Of a stretch of 64,000 nucleotides of DNA, positions 40,687 through 49,698 are shown one piece after another; within the stretch, counting starts at the first letter, position 1; each line of letters begins with the position of its first letter. The DNA is from an uncultured delta proteobacterium (GTDB lineage: Bacteria; Myxococcota_A; Polyangia; Polyangiales; JAFGIB01). Below the pieces are notes generated by a model. It searched no databases. It was given only the letters and a program-made list of their open reading frames with translations, and was not told the origin of the DNA. The position numbers and the translations under genes are program-made. The stretch is taken from the NCBI GenBank assembly GCA_963778655.1, contig CAVZVA010000003.1:384001-448000 (forward strand). The letters run 5' to 3'.

Positions 40687-41645
40687 GCTTCGTGCATGAC
40701 GACCCCGACTTCGACGAACTCCTGCAGATCGTCGCGAACAACCGCGGGCTCGGCGTCGCCCTCGTCGAGAAGGACTACTGGGTCACACACACGCTGTGGG
40801 CTCTGCACGCGCAGGGCTTCGACGTCTGGTTCAAGGGCGGCACATCGCTGTCGAAGGGCTTCGGCCTCATTGAGCGCTTCTCCGAAGACCTCGACCTGAA
40901 ACTCGAGCCCGGGGCCGTCGCGGCTCTGCGCTCGGTGACGAACTGGAAGAGCGAGGGCACCAAGGCTACGGCCGAGCGCAAGGGTCACTTCGAGGCGCTC
41001 GCCAACCTTCTCTCGGTGCCCGGCGCGAAGGTGAATCTCGGCAACATCGTCGACACGAGCTTCCGCAACGCGAACCTCCGGGTCGACTACCCAGGCAAAC
41101 ACCAGGCGGCGCTCGCGTCGGTGCTGCGGCCTTTCGTGCTCCTGGAGGTCGGCAGTGCCCGCGTGACGCCGTTCGTGGCGCGCGACATGACCTCGTTCGT
41201 GCACGAGCACCTCGAGAGGCTGGGGCAGCTCGGCGACTTCGACGACAACCGCCCGCGGGCAGTGCGCTGCGTGCATCCGCTCGTCACGCTGCTCGAGAAG
41301 CTCGACGCGCTGATGCGTCGTCTCCCGCGCGACAATACTGCGCCCGCGACCTTCGTGCGCCACTTCGAGGACGCCGCACGCATCGTGAGGTCCAAGAACG
41401 CACTGCCGCCGCTCTCCGACTACTCGAGCGTGCGCGCGCTCGCCGACGAGATGCTGGCGCAAAAGCGGATCGCCGCACTGCCTTCGTCGATGCACGCGGC
41501 CTTCGCCCCGAAGGACGACGACCGCTGGTCTACGGTGCAGAAGGCGCACGACGCGATCGGCCCGATGTTCTGGGGACCCCGTCTCTCGCTCGTGGACGCC
41601 TGCGCCGACGTTCGCCGCTGGCTCGACACCGAGGTCGGCCCATGA
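40683..41645 (+). CDS. AbiEii/AbiGii nucleotidyltransferase toxin
   Basis: VEKDYWV, FKGGTSLSK, RFSEDLDL, TLLEKL, RHFED. Confidence 0.9.
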   Translation: MSFVHDDPDFDELLQIVANNRGLGVALVEKDYWVTHTLWALHAQGFDVWFKGGTSLSKGFGLIERFSEDLDLKLEPGAVAALRSVTNWKSEGTKATAERKGHFEALANLLSVPGAKVNLGNIVDTSFRNANLRVDYPGKHQAALASVLRPFVLLEVGSARVTPFVARDMTSFVHEHLERLGQLGDFDDNRPRAVRCVHPLVTLLEKLDALMRRLPRDNTAPATFVRHFEDAARIVRSKNALPPLSDYSSVRALADEMLAQKRIAALPSSMHAAFAPKDDDRWSTVQKAHDAIGPMFWGPRLSLVDACADVRRWLDTEVGP

Positions 41646-41780
41646 ACGACCGCCGGGCCAGAACCGCCGACGAGGTCGAGCGCTACCTCCGTACCGGCGA
41701 GACCGACCCGCACACGCGGCATGGTCGGGAAACGGCTTCATGAAGCGCGCAACCCGCGCCCACGAAGATCTCCGCGGCGC
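41642..41780 (+). pseudogene. Short frameshifted gene remnant
   Basis: ATGA-coupled MNDRRARTADEVERYLRTGETDPH, continuing in another frame as AWSGNGFMKRATRAHEDLRGA, then lost. Confidence 0.4.
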
Positions 41781-42021
41781 CCACGGGCCGCCAGCGTCGC
41801 GGCTGCGGGCACAGTCGCTGCCGTGTTTGCCCGCCGCCATGTTTGCTGCTGGGCACGGCGGTAGAGCAATATTCGCGCGGTGATTTCGCAGATCAACAAG
41901 CAGCAGAAGAGCAGGCAGCGTTAGCCGCGGCTTGACGCGATCGCTCGGATCCGCGGGATTTCCCGCGGCGGACATGGACATCGCGTCGCTGCACGGCATA
42001 GCCTGCTCAGCGGAGCCACTG

Positions 42022-42891
42022 ATGGGAAAAATCATCCTCTCCGAGAACCTGGCCGCCCTCGCGACACTTCCAGACGGGTTCGCCCAGCTTATCTACATCG
42101 ACCCGCCCTTCAACACCGGCCGGGCTCAAGTGCGCGATCGGCTCAAGGTGCAGTCGGATCCAGATGCCAAGCGAGAGGGCTTTGGCGGGCGGAAGTACCG
42201 AGTCGAACGCATTGCCCGTAGCGGGTATGCCGACTCGTTCGATGACTACGTCAGCTTCCTGATGACCCGCATCGAGGCTAGTCTGCGATGCCTCGCCCCG
42301 CGTGGAAGTCTGCTCGTGCATCTCGACGCACATGAAGTGCACTACATCAAGGTTGCCCTCGACCAACTCTTGGGGCGCGAGTCGTTCATCAACGAGATCA
42401 TCTGGGCCTACGACTACGGCGGCCGGCCCAAGAATCGATGGCCTGCCAAACACGACACGATCCTCTGGTACGCGCGCGATCCGACCGACTACGTGTTCAA
42501 CTTCGACGCAATCGACCGTATCCCGTACATGGCGCCCGACTTGGTGGGCGCCGAAAAGGCAGCTCGCGGGAAGACGCCTACCGACGTCTGGTGGCACACG
42601 ATTGTCCCGACCAACGGGCGCGAGAAAACCGGGTACTCAACGCAAAAGCCGCTCGGCATCCTGAATCGAGCGGTCCTGGTCCACAGCGATCCGGGCGCCG
42701 TGGTTCTCGACTTCTTCGCTGGTAGCGGTACTGCGGGCGAGGCCGCTGCGATCCATGGGCGAGACTTCGTGCTCATCGACGAGAACCCGGAAGCTGCTGC
42801 CGTCATGGCTTCGAGGCTCGCCGCCTACTCACCCGAGCATGTCGGGTTCATGGCCTCACAGAAAGCGACGGTGCAGGGGTCGCTCTTCTGA
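42022..42891 (+). CDS. Amino (N6-A/N4-C) DNA methyltransferase, beta class
   Basis: IYIDPPF precedes TQKP and VLDFFAGSGT. Confidence 0.9.
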   Translation: MGKIILSENLAALATLPDGFAQLIYIDPPFNTGRAQVRDRLKVQSDPDAKREGFGGRKYRVERIARSGYADSFDDYVSFLMTRIEASLRCLAPRGSLLVHLDAHEVHYIKVALDQLLGRESFINEIIWAYDYGGRPKNRWPAKHDTILWYARDPTDYVFNFDAIDRIPYMAPDLVGAEKAARGKTPTDVWWHTIVPTNGREKTGYSTQKPLGILNRAVLVHSDPGAVVLDFFAGSGTAGEAAAIHGRDFVLIDENPEAAAVMASRLAAYSPEHVGFMASQKATVQGSLF

Positions 42892-42904
42892 CCGAGGCCA
42901 GCTG

Positions 42905-43453
42905 GTGACAACCATCTCCGACCCGGAGGTCCAGGCGCTTGCCGCAATCTCCGCCTTGCTCGAGCCGACATACCGCGTGGACGGTGACCCCTGGGCTGGC
43001 AGCCCGTTCGCGTGGATCCGTAGCCAGAAGAGCCGAAGGGTCGGCAAGATCGGCGAGCAATTGGTTTCCGGCTTTCTCGCAGCCCGCAACTTCGACGTCG
43101 CCCACACGGGGGACAGTCAAGCCGACCGCTTGATCAACGGACACCGCGCCGAGATCAAGTTCTCGACGCTTTGGGAAACGGGTGTCTACAAGTTCCAACA
43201 GGTTCGCAATCAGGACTACGAGTTCGCGATCTGTCTCGGGGTATCTCCGTTCGACGCACACTGTTGGGCCCTGCCGAAGTCGATCCTGCTCCAGCACGTG
43301 ATCGGAAAGCTCGGGCAGCACGGCGGAGCCGGCGGTCAAGACACGGCTTGGATCAGCCTGACGCCCGACGCGCCGCAGCCGTGGATGAAGCCCTACGGCG
43401 GACGCCTGGCAGACGCGATCAACGTTTTGTCCTCTATCGCGCGACGGCGTTAG
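42905..43453 (+). CDS. Putative type II restriction endonuclease (PD-(D/E)xK)
   Basis: GKIGEQL…QADRLINGHRAEIKFS; directly downstream of the methyltransferase. Confidence 0.7.
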   Translation: MTTISDPEVQALAAISALLEPTYRVDGDPWAGSPFAWIRSQKSRRVGKIGEQLVSGFLAARNFDVAHTGDSQADRLINGHRAEIKFSTLWETGVYKFQQVRNQDYEFAICLGVSPFDAHCWALPKSILLQHVIGKLGQHGGAGGQDTAWISLTPDAPQPWMKPYGGRLADAINVLSSIARRR

Positions 43454-43535
43454 TTGAGGCACGCAGCTGCCGAAGCTGTGAATAGCGGCACCTGCCGCGT
43501 GCTGGGGCTTTCACCGAAGTCCGCAGGTGTACCCG

Positions 43536-43646
43536 TCAATCGGCCGATGTGGCCGTGGAGAAGTGACCCCGAGCGCTCGTCAGGTAAGTCACGAGCCCGC
43601 GAAAGCTGCCGCCTGCCTTCAGCATCGCGACTTCCTTCGCGATCAC
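43536..43646 (-). pseudogene. traI: N-terminal stub of IncP-type relaxase TraI
   Basis: GTGA-coupled to traJ; MIAKEVAMLKAGGSFRGLVTYLTSARG resembles the RP4 TraI N-terminus (MIAKHVPM…F..LV.Y.T) incl. catalytic Tyr; stops after 36 codons. Confidence 0.7.
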
Positions 43647-44029
43647 GGCTCGCCCCTATCCCGCAGGGCTCGCCCGATGACTGTGCGGAGGCTCCCCTGG
43701 TTCTCGTCGATGCGCCGGAGCGCGGACAGGATCGCCTGCCGAATCTGCCCTCGGTCGAACTGGCTGAGCTTCGCGTCGTCGCTGAGCCAGAGCTTGAGCA
43801 GCCCACCGAGCCGGCCGAGGTCGCCGTTGACCCTCAGCATCGCGTCGACCTGGTCCCGGTCGACCACGGAGCGCGGCTGGTAGCCGGTACCGACCGCCCG
43901 CAGGTACGCGCCCACGCTCAGCCCGACCGCCCGCGCTTGCGCGGTGATGGCCGCGACCTCCTCGGCGGTCGCGCGGAACTGCACCGAGCGATCGCGTCGG
44001 CGGCGTCGAGGGCGCTCTCCGGTCTGCAT
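43643..44029 (-). CDS. traJ: IncP-type relaxosome protein TraJ (RHH)
   Basis: GLSVGAYLRAVG.GY, NGDLGRLGGLLKLWL.DD. Confidence 0.85.
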   Translation of the reverse strand: MQTGERPRRRRRDRSVQFRATAEEVAAITAQARAVGLSVGAYLRAVGTGYQPRSVVDRDQVDAMLRVNGDLGRLGGLLKLWLSDDAKLSQFDRGQIRQAILSALRRIDENQGSLRTVIGRALRDRGEP

Positions 44030-44111
44030 CACGTGCCCTCCGCGTGACGAGCGTTGAGCACCGGTAGGCGCGAATGAGCCCCGTTGAGCGCCTTGGCGCG
44101 AATGAGGCCCG

Positions 44112-44146
44112 GGGAATGTGTCACTACATTCCCACATCTTGCCTGC
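44112..44146 (+). other. Putative IncP-type oriT with nic site
   Basis: GGGAATGT-N6-ACATTCCC inverted repeat followed by ACATCTTG^CCTGC (IncP consensus YATCCTG^Y), between divergent traJ and traK. Confidence 0.65.
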
Positions 44147-44307
44147 GCTTCTGCTGCGTGCTGCATTCGTCCCGAAGCCGCCCTCTCTTCTGTACGATGC
44201 CATAAAAAGTCTGTTTCGGCACTTGCCGACGCCAGAAAGGGAAGTAGAAGAGACTCGACGCGGAACCGGGGCGGTCGAAACGCGGCCTCAACGCGGCGGG
44301 AGAGCGA

Positions 44308-44688
44308 GTGACGACAGAGAAAGAGCTGGCAGCGTTCGTCGAGCGGGTTGCGAAAGAGGCGTCGCTGAAGGGCAGCCAGCGGGCAGCGTTCATTGTCGTG
44401 CGGCCGCTGATCGAACGCGCGCTTGCTGCCGGACACTCGATGAAAGCCACCTGGAAGGTCCTGCACGCCGAGCGCAGGGTTATGATGACCTACGAGACGT
44501 TCCGCGCTCACTGCCGGCAGGCGGGCCTTGGCCGCGCTGCGGCGCGGCCCGACGGCGGGCGGGCACAAGCGGGCGGGCAGTCGTTCGTGACGTCAGGAGC
44601 GGAGCTAGCTCCGGCGCAAAGGCGACCGGGGGACCCGCCTCAGGGTTTTCAGCACAGCCGCGTGCCTCGAAAGAAGGACATCTACTGA
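44308..44688 (+). CDS. traK: IncP-type relaxosome accessory protein TraK
   Basis: AFIVVRPLIERALAAGHSMKATW..L, YETFR, C-terminal GFQHSRVPRKKDIY; divergent from traJ. Confidence 0.8.
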   Translation: MTTEKELAAFVERVAKEASLKGSQRAAFIVVRPLIERALAAGHSMKATWKVLHAERRVMMTYETFRAHCRQAGLGRAAARPDGGRAQAGGQSFVTSGAELAPAQRRPGDPPQGFQHSRVPRKKDIY

Positions 44689-44737
44689 GCGGGAACGCCT
44701 TGAAATCGATGCCGAAAAAGGCAAATTACGGAATCAC

Positions 44738-45415
44738 ATGCGGACACGGGCAGCGCTCATCCTCGACTCCCGAGACCAAACCCGAATCGTCGCGGCGTTG
44801 GAGCGTTGGCCCGAGCAGGAAGGCTTTGTCGGGCTGCGCACGCGTGCATTCGTCTACCTCCTTTGGGACGGCGCACTGCGCACGGGGGCAGCCATTTGGC
44901 TCAACATCGAGGAGGTGGTCAGGGACCCGGCGGCGAGCCGGATCCACGTGGTGCAGCAAGCGGTGTTGCGCCCCTGCGCGGGGAACAAATACCGGCAACG
45001 GCCCTTCGAAATGACGGATCGGGCTCGAGCGGCGATCGCCGACTATCTCAAGGTAGCCCGCAGCGACGGCTGGCTCGGCAGCCGCTCCCGCCTGAAGGGG
45101 CCGCTCTGGATCGCGACCCAGCCTCAGGGCGCTCAGAAGCGCATGTCCCAGCGCACGGCCACCCAGGCGTGGCATACGTTTCTCGGCGGCGTGAAGGGGT
45201 TGAGTCGGGACGACTACCAGCTCGACGACGTCGTCTTGACCGGGCGCATCGCGTTCGCAAAGGCCGCGAACGCGAGCCCCGAGCTCATCTCGGACCACGC
45301 CGGCATCGGGACCAAGGCGGCGGCCCGGTACAGCGACCATCTCACCACGCAATCGAGCACTCGCGACGTCATTTCGCAACTGAACCAGCAGCACAAGCGC
45401 AAGGTGTCGGGTTGA
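44738..45415 (+). CDS. Tyrosine-recombinase catalytic-domain-only protein with degenerate active site
   Basis: LLWDGALR, GNK, GPLW, RMSQRT, but LDDVVLT at the HxxR position and HAGI at the LGH position; RY retained. Confidence 0.65.
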   Translation: MRTRAALILDSRDQTRIVAALERWPEQEGFVGLRTRAFVYLLWDGALRTGAAIWLNIEEVVRDPAASRIHVVQQAVLRPCAGNKYRQRPFEMTDRARAAIADYLKVARSDGWLGSRSRLKGPLWIATQPQGAQKRMSQRTATQAWHTFLGGVKGLSRDDYQLDDVVLTGRIAFAKAANASPELISDHAGIGTKAAARYSDHLTTQSSTRDVISQLNQQHKRKVSG

Positions 45416-45487
45416 AGCGGAGCGGCTGAGGCCCCGCCGCGGCCCGCGCCGCGAAGGCTTCTCCCCGCGCGCCGCGGCCGACGTGGG

Positions 45488-45523
45488 TTGCATCGATGCC
45501 ATAGTAGGAATAATATGGCATCG
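45488..45523 (+). promoter_or_regulatory. sigma70-like promoter for xis-int overlapped by a 10-bp-arm palindrome
   Basis: TTGCAT-N17-TAATAT; CGATGCCATA-N10-TATGGCATCG at 45494-45523. Confidence 0.6.
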
Positions 45524-45524
45524 C

Positions 45525-45791
45525 ATGGACGCCGGCTCCGCCGCACCGAAGAACCGCACGTTGTCTGGAGGCATTCCAGCCGCGGCGCGGGAGCCGCCGT
45601 ACCTGAGCGTCTCAGAGTGCGCTGCGCTCTTGCGCGTGAATCACAAGACGATTCGCGCCGAAATTGCAGCGGGCCGCATTCCCGTCCTGCGCGTGGGCCG
45701 GCTGATCCGCATCCCCCGGCGCGTGCTAGACTCGCTCGAGACACGAGCACGCGTTCCGACGCCAGAAGGGCAGATCCCCCATGGCAGTTAG
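45525..45791 (+). CDS. Excisionase-family HTH protein
   Basis: YLSVSECAALLRVNHKTIRAEIAAGRIPVLRVGRLIRIP; overlaps integrase start. Confidence 0.8.
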   Translation: MDAGSAAPKNRTLSGGIPAAAREPPYLSVSECAALLRVNHKTIRAEIAAGRIPVLRVGRLIRIPRRVLDSLETRARVPTPEGQIPHGS

Positions 45792-46890
45792 ACGCGACAA
45801 GAACGGTCAATGGCGCTACCGCATCAAGATCACGCTTCCGAATGGTCGGAAGCTTCGCATCAGCGGCACGCCGGAGATCAACACCAAGCTGGAGGCGGAG
45901 AAGGCCGAGCGCGCTCACATCGCGCGGACGCTGAGCCCGCCGCCGTTGGCGAAGAAGGAGGTGCCGACCTTCGGCAAGTTCGCCGAGGAATGGTTCGACG
46001 TCTACCCGAAGGCTGCAGGACTTCGTCCATCGACGACGCGTGCAGTCGAAGCTCACCTGCGCGTACACTTGCTGCCGCACCTTCGTTCGGTGCCGCTCGA
46101 TCAAGTGCGCGGGCTGGTGGTCGACAAGCTCTTCGCCTCGATGAAGTGCCGCAAGCATCATCGGGGCGCAGGGCTGAGCGCGAAGACGATCCACAACGTG
46201 CGCGGGACCTTGCACAAGATCCTCGCGACCGCGGCGGATTGGGAGCGCCTGCCAGCGGTGCCGAGGCTTCAGCGCGTGAAGGTGCCGCAAGCGCGGTTCG
46301 ACTTCTTCACACGCGAGGAGTCGGAGGCGCTGCTACAGGCGGCGCGCAACGAGGAGGAGCGGCTGATGATGCTCTTCGCGTTGCACACCGGGGCTCGCGT
46401 GAGCGAGCAGCTGGCGCTCAAGTGGGCCGACGTCGACTTCAGGAATCGGTTCATCGTGATCAGGCAGGCGGTGATTCGCGGGGAAGTTGGGCCGACCAAG
46501 AACGGTCGCGAGCGGAAGGTGCCGATGACGGCGTCGCTCGGGGCTGCGCTGAAGCGGCACAAGCACCTGCGCAGCGAGCTCGTGTTCTGCAACGGCAAGG
46601 GCGAGCCGCTGGAGGATTGGAGTCTGCTCGATCGGTTGCGCATCACCTGCAGGCGAGCGGGCCTGCGGGGCATCCGTTGGCACGAGCTGAGGCACTCGTT
46701 CGCCTCTCAGCTCGTGATTGCGGGCGTGCCGATCAGGCAGGTGCAGGAGTGGCTCGGGCACTCCACGATCACGATGACGCTGCGCTACAGCCACCTCGCG
46801 CCCGGTGGCGACTCGAAGCTGATCGCCGCTCTCGATCAGCGCGCAAAGCCTGCGGCGTGGCAACAGCGTGGCAAAGAGACGGGTACGTGA
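45781..46890 (+). CDS. Tyrosine integrase with N-terminal arm-binding-like domain
   Basis: TGAR, PTKNG, HELRH, LGH, RY all intact; ends 44 bp from the tRNA. Confidence 0.95.
   Translation: MAVRRDKNGQWRYRIKITLPNGRKLRISGTPEINTKLEAEKAERAHIARTLSPPPLAKKEVPTFGKFAEEWFDVYPKAAGLRPSTTRAVEAHLRVHLLPHLRSVPLDQVRGLVVDKLFASMKCRKHHRGAGLSAKTIHNVRGTLHKILATAADWERLPAVPRLQRVKVPQARFDFFTREESEALLQAARNEEERLMMLFALHTGARVSEQLALKWADVDFRNRFIVIRQAVIRGEVGPTKNGRERKVPMTASLGAALKRHKHLRSELVFCNGKGEPLEDWSLLDRLRITCRRAGLRGIRWHELRHSFASQLVIAGVPIRQVQEWLGHSTITMTLRYSHLAPGGDSKLIAALDQRAKPAAWQQRGKETGT
46856..46882 (+). repeat. Candidate integrase arm-type site pair (proximal arm, inside integrase 3' end)
   Basis: CGTGGCAACAGCGTGGCAAAGAGACGG. 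Confidence 0.65.
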
Positions 46891-46934
46891 AATTGATCTG
46901 TGTGATTGAGCAATGATTGAGCGCAGTTGGGCAG

Positions 46935-47008
<74 letters not shown>

Positions 47009-47180
47009 TTGGCGGAGACCTGGCTTTTTACAACGGCTGGGGGCGTGCGTCGACCGTGGAAGCGCCCTGGCGGGCTCGCGGCGCGGCCACCTGGCGTTCG
47101 GCGCGCGAACAGCGCTGCTCCCGTTGCGTGGGCGGCGGCGGTGTGCTTGCCTGCGGCACCCGCAGAGGAGATCATTGCGC

Positions 47181-47522
47181 ATGCCCAAAGCCCCAAGCAC
47201 CAACGGTTCGAAGACGGTCAATAAGAGCGCGTTCGTGCGCGCGCTGCCGACACTCTCGGCCGACGAGGTGATCGCCAAGGGCAAGCAGGCGGGCATCACG
47301 CTGAGCAAGGCGCAGGTGTACACCATCCGCACCAATGCCAAGCGCAAGGCCGGGCAAACCGCCGGGACCCCGGCCCGCCGGCAAGGCACGCCCGTGAAGG
47401 CGACGCGCGCGCTGGCGATCGAGACGCGGTTGGCCTCGCTCGCGTTCGAGGTCGGCATCACCACCGCCGAGGAGCTCCTGCGCCGGGTGCGGGAGGCAGG
47501 AAGGCGCGCCACGCGGGCGTAA
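47181..47522 (+). CDS. Small basic hypothetical protein (possible nucleoid-associated)
   Basis: GAGGAG RBS; NKSAFVRALP.LSADEVIAKGKQAGITLSKAQVYTIR; Lys/Arg-rich. Confidence 0.65.
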   Translation: MPKAPSTNGSKTVNKSAFVRALPTLSADEVIAKGKQAGITLSKAQVYTIRTNAKRKAGQTAGTPARRQGTPVKATRALAIETRLASLAFEVGITTAEELLRRVREAGRRATRA

Positions 47523-47533
47523 GGACCGCGCGC

Positions 47534-48583
47534 GTGGCTGCCGCCGATGAGCTCGACGCATTGCTCGACGCCGAGCAGGCCGCCGAGCCCGCCTCCGAGC
47601 TGTGCTGCTCGGTGCGCCTGCTGCAGCCCTTCTGGAGCCTGTTGCGCCGCTATCCTGGCTTTCCCGTCCAGCTGCTCGATTCCACCGCTCAGCTGGATCC
47701 GGACGAGCGACTGCCGATGGCGGTCGCGCTGGAGCTGCTGCGCGGGGCGATCGAGATCACGGGCGACCCGGACCTGGGCCTCGAGGCGGCGCGCGAGATC
47801 TCGCTCGGCGACTACGGCGTCGTGGAGTACGCGGCACGCTCGGCCCCGACTTGGGGGGACGCGCTCGCGGTCTGTGCCCGCTACCTGCGTCTGATCAACG
47901 AGGCGCTCGAGTTCAAGCTGGAGCTCGACGGCGACCTCGCGCGGATGCGGCTCGACAGCCGCGTGCCCCTGCCCCGCGCCGCGGCCGACTTCCAGTCGGC
48001 TTCGTTCCAGGTCGCGGCCTCGATGTTGCGACGCAGCCCGGGCCCGGCCCGGCCGCAGGTCTGGTTCACCCACGCGCAGCCTGCCAACACCGAGCAATAC
48101 GCGCTCACTTTCGCCGGCAGCCCCGTGCTGTTCGACAAGCCGTTCAACGGCTTCGTGTTCGACCGGGCCTACCTGGAGGCACCGCTGCCGAGCGCTGATC
48201 CGAAGCTGCACGACCTGATCCGCGAGCACGCCGATCGGATGCTGGCCGAGTTGCCGGGCGTCCCCAGCTTCACCGAGACCGTGCGGGCTCTGATCGCCAA
48301 GGAGCTCGAAGGCGGCGACCCGTCCGCCGTGCGCGCCGCGCAATTGCTGCAGGTCAGCACGCGCACGCTCGCGCGCCGGCTCGAGCAGGAGGGCACGACT
48401 TTCACCGCGCTGCTCGACGACCTGCGCAAGCGGCTGGCGCTGCGCTACGTGGCCACGCGCGACCTCGGTCTGTCCGAAATCGCGTTCCTGCTCGGCTTTT
48501 CGCAGTCGGGCGCGTTCCACCGCGCGTTCAAGCGCTGGACCGGTCACACCCCGCTCGAATACCGGCGCGGCCTGCGCGACTAG
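47534..48583 (+). CDS. AraC family transcriptional regulator
   Basis: TGDPDLGL N-domain; STRTLARRL, EIAFLLGFSQSGAFHRAFKRWTG. Confidence 0.92.
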   Translation: MAAADELDALLDAEQAAEPASELCCSVRLLQPFWSLLRRYPGFPVQLLDSTAQLDPDERLPMAVALELLRGAIEITGDPDLGLEAAREISLGDYGVVEYAARSAPTWGDALAVCARYLRLINEALEFKLELDGDLARMRLDSRVPLPRAAADFQSASFQVAASMLRRSPGPARPQVWFTHAQPANTEQYALTFAGSPVLFDKPFNGFVFDRAYLEAPLPSADPKLHDLIREHADRMLAELPGVPSFTETVRALIAKELEGGDPSAVRAAQLLQVSTRTLARRLEQEGTTFTALLDDLRKRLALRYVATRDLGLSEIAFLLGFSQSGAFHRAFKRWTGHTPLEYRRGLRD

Positions 48584-48640
48584 AGTCCTTGAATCCGGCT
48601 GATCTGCACCAAGGAGTCAAGCTTCGAGAGCCGGAGCGAA

Positions 48641-48715
48641 AGCGACCCCGCGGGAGGGTGGGGCCCCAACAGCTTTGCCGGCGAGGCGGGAGGGACGCGT
48701 GCCCCTCCCGGTACC
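48641..48715 (-). repeat. Structured repeat family 1, single copy downstream of tRNA-His
   Basis: Minus strand GGTACC-GGGAGGGGC ACGC GTCCCTCCC-G-CCTCGCCGGC AAA GCTGTTGGGG-CCCCACCCTCCCGCGGGGTCGCT. Confidence 0.8.
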
Positions 48716-48827
48716 GAAGGCTAGCGAGGCCCAGTCCTGCCACGTTCCAACCAGCAGGTCTCGTGGGTCTAAAGCGCAGCCTCGCTAGCGGGCTGCCGCG
48801 GAGCGCCCACGCGCTCCGTCGGGCTGC

Positions 48828-48903
48828 TGGGGTGAGCGACGGGGATTGAACCCGCGACCACCGGAACCACAATCCAGTGCTCTACCACTGAGCTACGCTC
48901 ACC
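48828..48903 (-). tRNA. tRNA-His (GUG) with G-1 and encoded CCA
   Basis: G-GTGAGCG acceptor, CTGGA-TTGTGGT-TCCGG anticodon arm, C discriminator, CCA. Confidence 0.95.
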
Positions 48904-49028
48904 AAGAACGTGCGGACTCTAACCGGCCCGCGCCCGAAGGCAAGCCCCCGGCGCCGGTCGCGGTCCGCGTCCGCCGGCGCTCGTCGGCGCGGCCCGCCAT
49001 GCCGGCCAGCACCACGACCTTTGCCGCG

Positions 49029-49583
49029 CTACGACTGCTTCCACTTGATCGAGCAGCCCATCGAGTGCACGGGCCCGAAGTCGAACGCGCGGCCCGCGAG
49101 CGCGGCGTCGAGCACGAGCCGCAGGTCGCTGCGCAGCACCTTGTCCGCGTGCTGCCAGTTGTCGTCGAGGCGGCCGTTGTAGATCAGCGCGCGCGCGCGA
49201 TTGAAGACGAAGATGTCCGGCGTGCAGGCCGCGTCGTAGGCGCGCGCGACCTGCTGGCTCTCGTCGCGCAGGTAGGGAAAGTTGAAGTGCATCTCGCGCG
49301 CGCGCTCGACCATGTGCTCGAACGAGTCGTCCGGATAGGCCTGCGCGTCGTTGGGATTGATGGCGACGAGCTGCACGCCGCGCCCGCGGTAGTCGTCCTG
49401 CAGCGCCACAAGACGCTGCTCGACGGCCTTGGAGTACGGGCAGTGGTTGCAGGTGAAGATCACCACCAGCAGCTCGGCGCCGGCAAAGGACTCCAGCGAG
49501 TAGGTCTTGCCGTCCACGCCCGGCAGCGAGAACGGCGGCGCCGCCGTGCCGGTCGCCATGCCGTTGGAATAGGTGAGAGCCAT
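49029..49583 (-). CDS. Thioredoxin/AhpC-TSA family protein
   Basis: APPFSLPGVDG, FTCNHCPY, YDAACTPD, GCSIKW. Confidence 0.9.
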   Translation of the reverse strand: MALTYSNGMATGTAAPPFSLPGVDGKTYSLESFAGAELLVVIFTCNHCPYSKAVEQRLVALQDDYRGRGVQLVAINPNDAQAYPDDSFEHMVERAREMHFNFPYLRDESQQVARAYDAACTPDIFVFNRARALIYNGRLDDNWQHADKVLRSDLRLVLDAALAGRAFDFGPVHSMGCSIKWKQS

Positions 49584-49698
49584 CACGCCTCCTGCGCTTG
49601 CCCCGCTACCGTGCCAAAGCGAGCGGCGGCGAGCAAGCCGCGCCCCTTGCGAAGGGGCAAGCCCGCACGCGCCGGTTCGTGATAGACCAGCGCGCGCG

